Below are positions 24,530 through 38,029 of a stretch of 64,000 nucleotides of DNA, in pieces (position 1 is the first letter of the stretch; every line of letters begins with the position of its first letter). Source of the DNA: Basidiobolus meristosporus CBS 931.73 (Eukaryota; Fungi; Basidiobolomycota); assembly GCA_002104905.1 (NCBI GenBank), contig MCFE01000260.1, positions 1-64,000 on the forward strand, written 5' to 3'. A program made the position numbers and the translations under genes. The notes under the pieces are model-generated. The model was not told where the DNA came from and searched no databases. It saw nothing but the letters and a program-made list of their open reading frames with translations.

Positions 24530-25744
24530 ATTGGCTAAAATATGAAATTAATTAGGAACCAGAGATACAGGATATAGAGGGTATCTGTCTACTCAAAAGC
24601 TTTCCCCTGGCAGCAATGCATTAGCATTTCAACAATATTCCTGTGCTAATGACTAAATTTTACACAAGGTATTTCAAGCTAAATGAGCCTTTGAGATTCC
24701 AGAGAAATTTGAAAGAATTGGCAAGATTGTACAAAGTATCTGCTACCTAAGATGCTTTTTGCAGGCTCCAATCAATATTCATACTCATATGAGACAATGC
24801 AAAATCAAGGGCTGGATGAACTGTACATGTATTTATTCAAGTGGCCTTCTCAAGCCATTTCTTCCAAAAATACATTGAAAGCATTGGGAGTCATGTGTGG
24901 ACATTGTAGGAGTATTTATACAGAAGCAGATCACCACTGCCAACTTGAAGCAACCACAGCTTCTATGTAAGAGGTTGTAAGAGATTTGAGTGGATATACA
25001 CAGGCTTAAAGCTGAGCATGTTGATTTCTGCCACTACTGTGTCCATTTGCTATTCCATCTTACTTGATTTGTGGAGAATATTGGGCCTTGCTTCACATTT
25101 TGAGGGTTTCCTATGGAGTGGATGTGTGGGGAGATAAGAAGACAAGTGAAGTTGCAGGTACCACCATATCCCAATCTCATCAAGTACATTGCCTTCAAGT
25201 CTGTGTTAGATTTGATGAGTCAGCACATGGAGGACAGCCAGGATGATTTGAAAAATATTGAGGACAGATGTGCACATGGAAACACCAATGCCTTTGGCAT
25301 TTAGAAGCCAAGCAGCCCCAGTGCATGGGTAATCAGTTTAGTAATGCAAAGTTAGGTTTGGTGCAACAAGCAACAAATTCATATTAGAACAACTTTACCA
25401 AAGTATGGTAGACTTCTCTTGGTCACAAGCCAGCTTCAAAACAGCTCAATATGGAATTCACACAAACAAGTGCCAGAGCACACCTATAAGGGGAACTATA
25501 GTCCTGCAAAGAGAAGGGACATATTTGCTAAATACTAAGAGGTTCTTTGCAGATATTCAGGAGATATTCATGGCAAAAGTGGCAGCAACCATGCATATGG
25601 TTACAAGATGTATAAGTTACCAGCAATACAAGGTATATGACAGCTTTACAAGTATCATACTTAAAAGCTGTAAAGTTGAGGTAATAGAAGTGTGTCATTT
25701 TTAGCAGGAGTGCACATATATAGAGGTTTGTAAACAGAAGGCCA

Positions 25745-26091
25745 TGTTGCAATATTCTGAGGAGTATTTGAAGTGATGTGGAGAACTAGAGAATTTACAT
25801 ATTATTCACTTTTAGATTTATTGATCAAAAGTATGGTATTTACACTTTGGATAAAGTATAGCAAACAATATGTAGAGTTTGTTAAGGAAGGTCCCAAGAA
25901 TATGTATGCAAAGCTTGGGGCTATTGGACAACCTCAAGAATGATCATAATCTGGGTACCTGATAATTAGGTGAAAATACTCTAAGCAGATCCCAACAAGA
26001 AATTTGGGCAGGACAGAATGCCAATCAAAAAATAAGATCTATGTGACTAAGGTAGCATGAATATTATGGTGACAACTTAATAACTACAATA
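25745..26091 (-). mobile_element. Old inverted solo LTR of copia-A inside the CACTA element
   Basis: Degenerate reverse complement of LTR-A (GCAAAGCTTGGGGCTATTGGACAAC, GGGTACCTGAT). The CACTA sequence resumes on both sides. Confidence 0.7.
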
Positions 26092-26510
26092 GGCTCTACT
26101 GTTTTTGATTCAAGCTCTATGTGGAGTACCCATGATAAAATTGGGAAAGCAAATAAAGAGGGGTGACTCTACAGTGGTAATAGGAATGGTGCAAGGGAGG
26201 TAGAAAAAGGAAGTATCATGTGGTATATTGTATGGTAGCATTATACAGAACCAGCTGTAGGCTACTGTGCTGCCATATTTATGCCAGCAGAGGTTTGCAA
26301 TAAGACTCTGAGAACACTATCAGATTTTCTGCCATATAAGGTAATTTGGTGAGTTGGCTGGCTAGGTCCACCCAAATAAATGCAGGGCACATCAATACTG
26401 TTAGAATGCCATGCAATTTTTGTTAATAGACCATTAAAGCACTGTAGAGTTTTTAGCTTTATTTTGGCAGCAAAATTAGCAAAAACCCGTCACAATCCTG
26501 TCATAATATT

Positions 26511-27227
26511 AGACTTGTGCTGTTAGATAGTACCACATTGAGCCATGAGTGCCAAATGATGCCATAGTGTGTCAGAGAGGCCAAGTGAACCTATACTTGG
26601 CTGCAGAGTGTAAAACATATCTCTGCATCTTCATGCAAAGCAGCCCCTGTGTTTCACCTATGATGCAGGAGAAAGCCCATTTTTTGATGTTTTTTTATGG
26701 ATCAATGTTGTGCAGGATGTGCAAGAGCACAGAAGAGCTGAAGACATGCATCAGGTACTCTGAATCTAGCTCCTGTGGCTTATAACATGTTAGAAAAATG
26801 CATTGCACTATCTTGGTCCACTGGTACTATCTGGCACTATAAGTGCTTTGTATTCATCTTAGTTTAGGGCTAATAATTAAATATAGTGCCAGATAGTACC
26901 AGTGGACCAAGATAGTGCCATGCATTTTTATGACAAGTTACAAGCCATAGGAGCTATATTCAGAGTGCCATGGGTATGGAGTACCAGATGCATATCTTCA
27001 ATCCTTTTGTGCTCTTACACATCCTGCACAACATTGACCTAAAAAAAAGGTCAAAAAATGGATTTTCTCCAACGCAATGGGTGAAACACAGGGGCAGCTT
27101 TGCATGAAGTTGCAGAGCTGTGTTTCACACTCTGTGGCCAAGTATAGGCTCACTTGGCCTCCCTGCCACACTATGGCATCATATGGCACTCATAGCTCAA
27201 TGTGGCACAATACAACGGAACAAGTCT
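26511..27227. mobile_element. Second palindromic MITE of the PHIS family, 717 bp
   Basis: Colinear with 22198-22959; TSD ATT (26508-10, 27228-30). Confidence 0.92.
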
Positions 27228-27667
27228 ATTGTGTAGAAGTCAATAATTCCAGGCTGCTGGCATTATTGCAGACTCATTGTTGGATACTGACAACTGATCC
27301 AGATTGGAATCACATGTGGGACCAGATTTCTTTTCATATGGACATAGTTAAGCAGCAAGTTGTAACAGCTGCATGTATTGGTTGACTCAAATCAAGGTAG
27401 ACTGCCTAAGGGCCTCCTGCTTGCCATGCAAACTGTTGCAACTTAAAAAGTGTTTTGAATGTAAGGAGCTTGTCAAGAAATATAGATAAGGGTAAGGCTA
27501 TTGTTTATTCCTAAAGAAACTCAGTATTTATACAGATGTAGAGGTAATACAACTATTACACTTAGATAGGTGAGCCTTTCATCAGTCAGGAGCATTTTGC
27601 AACATTTTCAGGGTAAATACATAAAGCTCTCTAAGAGTACTAAGTTCATCTAAAATATAGGGGATTC

Positions 27668-28028
27668 TTTTGAAATATTTAGGAGTTCACTTAGTTGCTA
27701 ATATACTATGAACTGGCACTTAGTTAAATGGCATATCTCAGAATAATAACTTAGAAATTTGCTTGTACAATATTTGCTAATTATTGGAAATAAGTGATTA
27801 ACAGAATTTTAGGAAAATCTAAGACTTGTCCAAACAAGCTGAAACTTGGCAAATGACCTCCTGAGACTCCCCTAATAGCAAATAAGTAGTTACATATATG
27901 TAGCTTGTAATGAGTATAAATACTGTGTTGCAACTGAATTAATTAACAAGTTAACATCATTTAAATCTTCTAATACCCCATTTTACTTCCAACATATCTC
28001 TCTAATATATCAGCAAGGTATAAGCCCC
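27668..28028 (+). mobile_element. Decayed LTR of another copia family (D) followed by a degenerate GGTTATGAGCCC-type PBS
   Basis: Colinear with 31335-31652; ends ...TATCAGCA then AGGTATAAGCCCC. Start approximate. Confidence 0.55.
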
Positions 28029-28835
28029 AAGCTTGTTTTGTCTTGGGCTTCTACTTTGCTTTAGTGTTGTGCCGTTATTCTGGAGAAAGACTGCCTTGTC
28101 TACCTGAAGTTACAAAAAACAGCAGTTTTTTACAACAGCAGTAGTTTTCTAAGCAGGATATATTGTTAGGGAGAGAGAGAGGCCTCTGCCTTTGAAGAAG
28201 ACAATGAGACAAGAAAGAGGTTATATGTTAAGGAGATCATATTAGACAAATTTAAATTATAAAATGTGCAGAAGGATGAAGCTTTTAAAAAATGCATAAT
28301 CCCAGCAAGGAGCTCAGATCAACAAGGAATGCACTACAAGATATATGTATTAATGCTATAATCCTTATTATTATACATAAAGGAGCTATGTTGAGGATCC
28401 ACATATACCTGGGTATAGATTAGACTATCTCATTCCATCCTTTACCCACATTCCTGCTGTGAGTTTACATAAGTCTGTAGCCACCTGAGATTTGGACTAT
28501 CTTGCACACCAGATATGATCCAGAAATTCTATCACATAAGGATAATGGAATATTAAAGCTTGTAAAGCAGCAGAAAAGTCCATGAGAAACTATTCACTCA
28601 GAGGCAACATCAATATTATGCTGAGCAATGAAGTCAACTTCCTTGCAGTTGGAGCTAGAAAAGAGGTACCAAGGGCCAACCTAAGGGTTATAATGGGTGC
28701 AGAAGCTCATGGGCTTGCTCATTTGCACTGTCTACCAAGCACTATTCTGGAATATTCTATCAAAATTAACAGTCACATATCTGGGTTGTTATGGTAGATT
28801 TACACAATTGGAAATTGCCAGATCCAGTTTTATGG

Positions 28836-29740
28836 TGTGGTGGTGTAGTGGTACTCATGGGGGAAGCTACACAACTCAGGGTGTGCCAGGTCACTGATGG
28901 GTGCAATAACCTCAGGGTCTAAACTGCTGGTGTCTTTGGCAATAGGCCACTGTGGTAAAAGCTCCTGCTTCTCTAGCTTCCTAGGTGCTCCAAGTGTCTT
29001 CAAAGGCATCTGTGTGTCTTGTGCACTGCCGTGAAAAGATCCTTAATGGCAGGTCTGAGATGTAAAAGTTAAAGGCAGGTGCAGTAATCATCTGCTGATC
29101 AATAAGGGAGAAGTGTTACTGATAGAAGGGATGATATATTGATGAGGGACTGACCTTCCTCATATACTTTTCCTGATTGCCAAGTGATTGCTAATGACAA
29201 GGTTCTAGAAAATCCAAGCATCAGTGGAATTCTTGATGACATCACTATGAGCTAAAAATACTCCAAGAAGGTCCTGGAAGGTTCAAAAGGCACAGCACAT
29301 CCAACCAATCAGGGCTCAATATTCTGAAACCTATGCAACATAGAGATACCATGTATGGTATTGATATGGTAGGGATGGTAGCACAGATTTGGGTCATGTG
29401 TCACAGGTACTGATACAGGAACTTGCCTAATGTAGATATATATACTGATCATAATGCTGAATGACATCTGGCATAACTAATGCTAATAACTAATCTGGGA
29501 ATACATCATATGAGGATAATACTAATAATATGGACAAAAGAAGAATGGGATAATACTGATCAGATGAAATATGGATAAATACATTATATTTGCTATATGA
29601 ATAAACTCGTCTGTGGGAGGTATGTTTACCCTACCACAACAGTTTGAGTGCAATGGTATAAATGAGAGCATAATTATGCTGTCTAAGATGAAGACTCTAT
29701 GAGTAGCTACTAATCTGGTTGTGGAAATCTGTGATACCAA
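28836..29740 (+). mobile_element. ~0.9-1 kb LTR-like repeat (family C), right end approximate
   Basis: Starts TGTGGTGGTGTA like the 56036 copy; shares the GGTAGGGATGGT...GGTACTG...ACTTGCCTAAT block. Confidence 0.6.
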
Positions 29741-29949
29741 ATCAAGCCAATTGAGATGGGAATGGAAGAACTGAGTATATAACAGAAATATCAGTCCAAG
29801 AAAGTTATGCCTGGATCAGATGGATATATATGATCTATCCAAGCCAATTTGAGAAGGCAGGAAGCACCAGAAGATGTAGCTTCAGCAGAAGTATACTATC
29901 CTAGATTGGGAATAAAGAGAACCTAGTCTAAATACCATTGGAAGCACTA

Positions 29950-30783
29950 GTCTAGAAGAGGAAACATTAGATCAACTGGTATGGTAGGGTAAACACACCT
30001 CCCACAGACAAGTTTATTTGTATAGCCATTATGATATACTTATCCATATTTTATCTTATTAGTATTATCCCATTCTTCTTTTGCCAATATTATCAGTGTT
30101 ATCCCCATATAATGTTTACCCAGATTAGTTATTAGCATTAGTTATCCCAGATGTCATTCAGCATTATGATCAGTATATGTATCTACATAAGGCAAGTACC
30201 CGCATCAGTACCCATGACACATGACCTAGGTCTGTGTTTCCATCCCTACCATTTCAATACCATATATGGTATTTCTATGTTGCATAGGTTTCAAACTACT
30301 GATTCCAGATTGGTTGGATGTGCTGTGACTTTTAGAACCTTCCAGGACATTCTTGGAGTATTTTTAGCTCATAGTGATGTCATCAAGATTTCCACTGATG
30401 CCTAGAATCTTCTAGAACCTTGTCATTAGTAATCACTTGGCAATCAGGAAAAGTATTTAAGGGAAAGCAATCCCTCATCAATAAATCATCCTTTCTATTG
30501 GTAACACTTCTACCTTATTGATTAGCAGTTAGTCACTGCACCTGCCTTCAACAGTACATCTCAGACCTGCCATCAAGGAGCTTTTTGGGGTAGTGCACAA
30601 GACACACAGAGGCCTTTGGAGACACTTGGAGCTCCTAGGAAGATAGAGAAGCAAGAGCTTTTACCATAGTGACATATTGACAAAGACACTGGCAGTTTAG
30701 ACACAGAAGTTATTGCACTCGTCAGACACCTCAGACACCCTGAGTTGTGTAGCTTCTCCCAGGAGTACACTACACTGGTGACA
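29950..30783 (-). mobile_element. Inverted copy of the family-C LTR-like repeat, left end approximate
   Basis: Reverse complement aligns with 28836-29660. Confidence 0.6.
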
Positions 30784-31334
30784 ATTAAGGATACCATAAT
30801 GCTGACCAGTTGTTGGCTTTAGCAGATGATATATGAATATACAAGGAAAGTTATAATCCAGATATAGTTATGCATATACAAGGAATATTCTAAGTAAATT
30901 TGACTATACACTGGAACTGTGGATGATCCAGATCTATTAGAAAGAAACTCCATCGTAATATTGCCAGTTATAGACCAATTAGGCTCAAATAAAAGCAGCA
31001 GAAAGCCTGAAAGTGCAGCTACATAATTGTAGGAAGTATGACTGTATATGATCAGTATCTGAAAAGTCTGACTTTGATTAAGTGGATGATACTCATCCAT
31101 AGATATTATTTATGAGATTACAATTTAGAGTCAAAATAATTTGATCTGAAGGATGCAATTAGTAGTATTGGCTTATATTTGGTTATTACAGATAATATGC
31201 AATCCCCAACACTTATTGGAGAATATTTTAGTCCAATAGGTTAGATGGTCATTAGCAGCTTAATGTTCAACCAGAAGATACACAACACTACAGTAGGTTC
31301 ATAAGTATACAAATATATATTTTGTGGGTGGGAG

Positions 31335-31652
31335 TGTTGAAATAATTAGAAGTACACCTAGTGAAATGACATATCTCAGAATATCAACTTAGATATTAGT
31401 TTCTAAGAAATTTGCTAACTATTGAAATTTAGTGAAGTCCAGAATGTTGGGAAAGTCCAAAACTTATACAGAAGGGCTAAAATTGAAACATTTACTCCTG
31501 AGACTCCCCTAATAATGAGCAGATAGTTACATACTTGTGGTTTTGCAATGAGTATAAATGCTGTGTTGTAACTCAATGAATCAACAGGTCAATATTATGT
31601 AAATCATCTTATTGTATATTTACTTCTAATATATATCTCTAATATTTCAACA
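31335..31652 (+). mobile_element. 3'-type LTR of copia family D
   Basis: TGTTGAAAT...TTTCAACA preceded by PPT GGGTGGGAG and remnant RNase H-like sequence. Confidence 0.65.
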
Positions 31653-31659
31653 GATTTAT

Positions 31660-32455
31660 CATAGGAGCATAGATATGAAGGAAAGTGGCAAAATGAAGCC
31701 TTCAAGTAAGTCCTGTGGTGACTAAGATCAGCATAGAATTGCCCAATAAATTTTTAGCTGCTCAATGATACCTAAGAGTTAGGCATCTCAGCAGTCCTCA
31801 ACTGAATAATTTCTTATTCCCATTATCTCAGTGATACTCAAGCTGTGGCCTAGCTAGTGGTTTTTTCAATATATCTGCCTCTGTTCTATTAGTTTGGCAG
31901 TAAATTAACTCTAATAAGGTATTTTCTACAACTTCCTTCACAAAGTGATGATGTACATCTATGGGCTAAGTTCTGGCATTATTAGTAGGATATCTAGCCA
32001 ATAATAACTTTGACTATTTGTGTAAATACAAGCCAGCTCATCTGAATTAAACTCAAGTTCTTGTGACTTATGTAATCATATAGCCTCCTTAATTGTTTGA
32101 CAGGCAGCCATATCCTCTGTCACAGTTGTAGAGAGTGCCATGGTTTGTTGTTTCATGTAATTTCAAGTAATAACTTTACCAGCATATAGAAACATATACC
32201 CAGTGGTAGAGCATCTGTTGATCAGATTCCTACCCCAATCTGAAACACTAAAGCCATTAAATATTTAGCTGTCCGCTGCTTCATAGTGAGCCAGAACCAT
32301 ATTTATGGTGCCATATAGATATCTGGAGATTTGCTTAACTGCTGCAATTTGATCAAATCCATAATCTGGCATGAATTGACTCACCATTCCTACTTCTATT
32401 GCAACATCCAGACATATTAATAATGTCAGGTACATGAGGCTACCAATCATTGTTA
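31660..32455 (-). pseudogene. Decayed copia RT/RNase H fragment (approximate)
   Basis: MIGSLMYL...QIAAVKQISRYL; remnants of ADWG...STTGY. Confidence 0.6.
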
Positions 32456-32487
32456 ATAGGGAAAGCTTTGGTACATATCTGAGCTGT

Positions 32488-35400
32488 TGTTATGATCTGC
32501 TCTTTCAGTTCTTAAGGTAGATCAGCTTTTGGTTGAATCAGGTATTTTAAGTTTGGCCTATCAGTATATCAGCATTTGCTATCAAATCACTAGTACTAAT
32601 GCGCAAATGAATCAGCAGATCCTTATCAGACAGAAATAGATAAGATGAGTAAGACCTGATTGGGTGATTATGATGCAGCTAAATGAGTCATCAGCCATCA
32701 ACTAGGTTAAGAAATATGGTTATTCAGCATTGATGAGGCAAAATTCATACAAGCAGATGCTGGAACCTCAATAATAATCAGTTCAGATTTTGATGAATAC
32801 AATACTAGCTAAACTTCTTATTCTTTTACAATTCTTGTATCAAGACTAGTAACATTCGTAGCAGCAATAGCCAGCAATCTGCCTCCTGAAGAAAGAAGAA
32901 GCCTCCCTGACAATGTTGCAAAAACAAAGCAGGAAAAGTTTATGCAGCAAATTCCGGCCCAACAGCAACAGCAACTCCAGATCCATAGCTAGCAGGAACA
33001 AGTAATGACAACCATGGCCAAGAGCCACCAAAGCACTATCAAGAATAACTTTAGTGTAAGTGTCAACCAGCACTATGGCAGAGTTGCTGAAAACCTGGAA
33101 ACTTGGCTCTTTCAAATTGAAGAAGCTTTTGAGACTAGCAGAATTGCCCAGAAAGCAAGTTGCATTATGCATCTTTGCAGTGGTACCACTACAGGATCAG
33201 GTTAGCCACTATGACAGGAAGCTCTACTATCTCTCCCAGGGAAGAGTTTGTGTTGCAAATTAAGGATGATTTTGAGCCTCCACACCAGCAAACATCACCA
33301 AGGTGGAGGCTGAAGACACTCAGACAGGAAGGAATGGCTCAAAAATATGTTATGATCTACTGCTTGAATGTTCAAGATGGAGCAGTTTTTAGTCAAATCA
33401 AGTTATAGTTATAAGCTTAGCCTATCAGTATAGCAGTGTTATCTTTCAATCAATAGCATTAGTCAGCAAATGAATCTGCAGATCCTCTTCAGACTGAAAT
33501 AGATATATTATGTAGGATCTTATTGAGTGATGATGATGCAATCAAATAATCATCAGCCACAACCTGAATTAGGATATACAATTAGTCAGCAATTGATCTG
33601 GCAAAGTATACTTAAACAGATGTTGCAACCTCAATAAAGATCAGTTCAAGTTATACATTATACAGCCTCTCACTGGGCAAATGCAGCTTGACAGTGGTAC
33701 CACAACAGGATCAGGTAAGCCACCGTGATGGGATGGTCTACAATCTCTACCTGGGATGAGTTTGTGCCAGAAATTCACAATGCTTTCAACCCCCACACCA
33801 GCAGACACTACTCAGAAGAAAGTTAAAGACACTCCAACAGAAAGAAATGGCTCAAGAGTACATCAATGAATATAGATGTCTACTTGGACAAACTTAAAGA
33901 ATGGACCCCCTGGATCAAGTGAATACTTTTTTGACAGGTTAAAAGAAAGTACTTGCAAGGAAGTGAATTATTGAAGACCTCAGACTATTGAAGTAGCCAT
34001 CAAGATTGCCATTGACTATGACTCAGCTATGTTTGGAGTTGGAAAGCCCACAATGACTAATCAGAGAAGTTACAATCACTATGAAAGAAGACAATCAGAA
34101 GCAGTGCCAATGGAAATAAATGCAATGCGGAAGAATCCTACCTCAGAAGAATGTAAGAAGTGAGGACTTTGCTTGAATAGCCACCAGCAGGGATATATTG
34201 CAATGTACTGCCCTCAGTGAGGAAATGGACACCAGCTATTAAGAACCTTCAACCATTTTGAAGCCCTTGAGCATAGTAACATGGAAGATGAACTTGAAGA
34301 AGACTCAGAACTCATCTTCCAGATGACAGAAGAATACCTATCTCAGATGACCTCCAACTCATGAAAGCTATTGTACTTGAATGGAGTAATCAATGGAGTA
34401 ACTGCCAAGATCATGATTGACTCAGGAGCTCTGCATGAGTACATGCCAGAACAATTTGCTTCAACGGCTGGAATCAACTCAGAACCCACCAAATCAACTT
34501 TAGTCTCAACAGCTGATGGGAAATTGCACATGATCAACCATATTACACAGCAAGTAAGGATGAAGATCAATGACTATAAAGAAGACCTACAGGCTAATAT
34601 ATTTGGGAACTGCAAATTTGACCTTGTACTTAGTAAAACCTGGCTGTTTTGTTGAAATCCATCAATTAACTGGAGAACCCATGCTACTCAGATCCAGAAG
34701 GACAACAAGACCTATGAGTTACTACCTGCCAGACTGGATTTTAACTTGGTCAAAGCCAGTGTATGTGAAACAAGTGAACTAAGCAAGACACAGTTTTGTA
34801 GAGCACTTAAGAAAGGTACCCAGATGTTTCTCATGGTGATACTACAGGAGGATTCTGCTACTTCAGTACCCTAGAAGATGCAGACACTATTGAAGTAATA
34901 TTCAGATGTATTTACAGAGGAATTTGCAGGCCTACCATCAGTTGGAGATGTAGATCATGCCACTGAAACAGGAGATAGTCCTCCAGTGAGTAAGACACCT
35001 TACAGAATGAGTTAATTGGAGTTGGAAAAGATGAAGTGACAAACAGATTAGTTATTGGAGCAAGGATATATCAGACCCAGCTAATCACCTTGGGGGAGCA
35101 CCAGTACTTTTTGTGAAAAAGAAGGATAGAATACTCAGGGTGTGCATTGATTACAGAGCCCTTAAATTGGTCACCATGCAGAATAAGTACTCTATATCTT
35201 GAATTGATGAGCTTTTGGACCAACTCATTGGAGCTACCATATTCAGCAAGATTAACCTCATGTCAGGTTACAACCAGAGGAGGGTGAAGACAGAAGACAA
35301 CACTAAGACAGCATTCAGGACTAGATCTAGACATTACAAGTACCTAGTCATGGATTTTGGCCTCACCAATGCCCCTGCAACATTGATGACCTTGATACAA

Positions 35401-37904
35401 GCAGTCTTCCAGAAATACTTGGACAAGTTTGTGGTAATCTACCTAGATGACATACTGATATACAGCAAGACAGAACAGGATCACTTGGTGCACATTGAAA
35501 AGGTCTTGTAGGATATAGGAGAGAACAAGCTGTGCGCCAAGCTAGCAAAGTGTGAATTCTTCATGGAATGTGTTGAATATCAAGGACACATAGTAGCTAG
35601 CACAGCAGTGACCTTAGACCCTAAGAAGGTTAAATTTATCAAGAATCTGAAGCAGCCCAATAGCATATCAGAATTCAGATCATTCCTTAGAATGGTTTCC
35701 CACTATTGGATACTTTTGAGTCCTTTGCAAGTATTGCAGCCCCTTTAACTGATATCCTCAAGAAAGACAATACCTACAAGTGGGACATAGCTTGTGAGAG
35801 TGCCTTTCAAATGCTCAAGAATGAACTTGCTAAGCTGCCAAGCTTAAGAATACCGGACTTTGGAAAAGAATTTACTCTGTGCACAGATGCTTCAGATTAT
35901 GCAATTGCTGGAGTGTTGAGCCACAAACACAAGGGAAAGGAGTTCCCAGTTGCCTTTGAATCCAAGAAACTGAACTCAGCAGAACAAAACAATCCAGTGC
36001 ATGGGAAGGATACGCTGCTATAAAATACTGCTTGAAGACATGGAGATACTATATTGAAGGAGCCAAATTTACAGTGATGTCTGATCATGCCTCACTCAAG
36101 TATATATTTACTCAGAAGGTGCTCTCCAGAAGAATGACAAGTTGGAGTGAATACATTCAGCAATTTGATTTGGTGATTGTCTCCTGCCTAGTGAGAAACA
36201 ACACAGTTACTGATGCCTTACCAGGATTAGAACAAGGTGCAAACTCCACTTGCAGCATAAGTCAGATTGGCTTATCATATTGCCAAGGTACCTAGAAGAC
36301 CAAGCCATTCCTAATGAGGTGGATGAAGAGATCAAGAAAATAATCTGGGATGAAGCCAGCAAATTGATGGTGCAGGATGAAACACTCTACCAAATTGTTG
36401 ATGGATGCCCTATTGCCTATTGCCCTTACGTTGCTTGCCTGGATTTAATACATAAGCTACACAATGAATATGAACATTATGGAATTGTAGGAACCCATAG
36501 CCTTGTGAAGGCAAGAGCAAGGTGGCCTGGAATGAAACTAGAAATTGAGAAACTAGTGAAAACATGCCCAAATTGCCAAATCAACCAAGGCCAACCACAG
36601 AGAATTGCTGAACTCTTTCCCTTGGAGCCTGTGAGACCATTTAAAGATGGTGAATTGACTTTATTGGAAGACTGCAAACCACCAGGAAATGCAGCCATTG
36701 GATCCTAGTAGTAATTGACCATGCCACTAAAGGCCAGTGGCCAAAGCAGTACCTGTAGCCAGTGAACAAAAAGTTGCAAGTTTATCTACCATGATTTCCT
36801 AATGAAGTTTGGATGCCCTGTAGAGATTATATCCTATAGAGGAGCAAACTTTATGACAAGGACATTGGAAGCTACCTGGAAATGCAGCAGATCAAACACT
36901 TGAAAACCTTGGCATATCACCCTAGAACTAATGGAGTCACTGAGCAGTTTGTTGGATTATTTGGAAAAATGCTGACCAAGTATGCAAATGTAGCTGCCAG
37001 TAGGTTGGATAAGTATATAGACCAAGCACTTTTGCATTCAGAGTTAGAGCACACAAAACCATTTAACAATTGCCATTTTACTTAGTGTATGGATGTGAAC
37101 CAAGGATTCCAGGATATTGTACACAACCAAAGCTTACCATTGCCTTAGAAGATGAACTCAATCAACCAAGTAGACACCAGCAGCCAAAACAAAGATAACA
37201 AGAGGCACAGGCCAAAGTATCTCAAAGTGCAGAGAAGCTGAAGCAGAGAATTGATAAGACTATATCACCCAAGGCATTGACAGTTGAGGACTTTAATTGC
37301 TGAGAAACAGCATGTGGCAGAAGCTTGAGCCACAATGGACAGCATCTTTTAAGATCATCAGCAAATGTTCATTTGCAACTTACCAACTAGTGGACAAACA
37401 AGGGAGTATCTTGGAAAATTTAGTTCATAGAGACCAACTCAAGCTTGCAAGACTTGCTAACAATACTGAATCATCAAGATATTGGTATCACAGGAAAAGA
37501 GATTCAGAAGTACCCTCTCAACTTTAGAAGGGTAGAATGTTATGATTTACCACTTGAATGCTTAAGTTGGATCAGTTTTTAGTCAAATCACTTAGTTGAA
37601 TGTTTAGCCAATCAGTAAATCAGTGTTATCCATCAAATCAGTAGCAATAGTCAGCAAATGAATCAGCAGACCCTTGTTAGACAGAAATAGATTTATCAAG
37701 AAAGATCTTATTGGGTGATGATGATGCAATCAAATGAGTCATTAGCCACAACCTATATTAGGAAATTCAATTAGTCAGCAATTGATCTTGCAAAATGTAC
37801 CTAAGGAGCTGCTGGAACCTCAATAAAAATCATTCAAGTTTAATGAGTACAATACTAGCTAAACTCCCTAATCCTCTACAACTCTTATATCATGAGTTGT
37901 AACC
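32488..37904 (+). mobile_element. Decayed Ty3/gypsy retrotransposon G1 with an internal partial LTR/gag duplication
   Basis: LTRs 32488-32854 and 37538-37904, PBS remnant at 32855, PPT AGAAGGGTAGAA. Protease MIDSGA, RT FVVIYLDDILIYS, RNase H CTDASDYA, integrase AYHPRTNG. An extra LTR fragment sits at ~33355-33655. Confidence 0.85.
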
Positions 37905-38029
37905 TTGGTAACAGCAATCACCGGAAACCTCCCTCCTGAAGAAAGAAGAAGCCTTAAAGTGAAGATAAGATTAAGCAGAGATATTGGAAGACTATTTCAC
38001 CAGAGGCTCTGACAAATGGGAACTAAGCA

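Larger units (their letters stand above)
22137..25304 (+). pseudogene. CACTA/EnSpm transposase (Transposase_21/DUF4218-like), many stops and frameshifts, interrupted by two MITEs
   Basis: N-terminus MEKTT...PCGYCNKPLSYEACRQHRKYY (restored by removing the MITE). Then CVDSYIAF...QYIPVIPQLEKL, ALDGF*...CWSLILITLTLPP, and C-terminal HL...IGP...FPMEWMCGEIRRQVKLQVPPYPNL. Confidence 0.75.
21062..27341 (+). mobile_element. Decayed CACTA/EnSpm-like DNA transposon, left end missing; carries 3 MITEs and a solo LTR
   Basis: Transposase_21-type motifs. The right end ...CTTTTCATATGG matches ...TTTTTCATAGGG of the copies at 51828 and 60783. The left boundary is approximate. Confidence 0.75.

Noticed and set aside
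22198-27227. CRISPR-like or satellite array suggested by recurring GTGCCA/GGCACT motifs
   Set aside because: The motifs belong to MITE arms; there is no constant repeat-spacer periodicity and no cas genes, and the context is eukaryotic.
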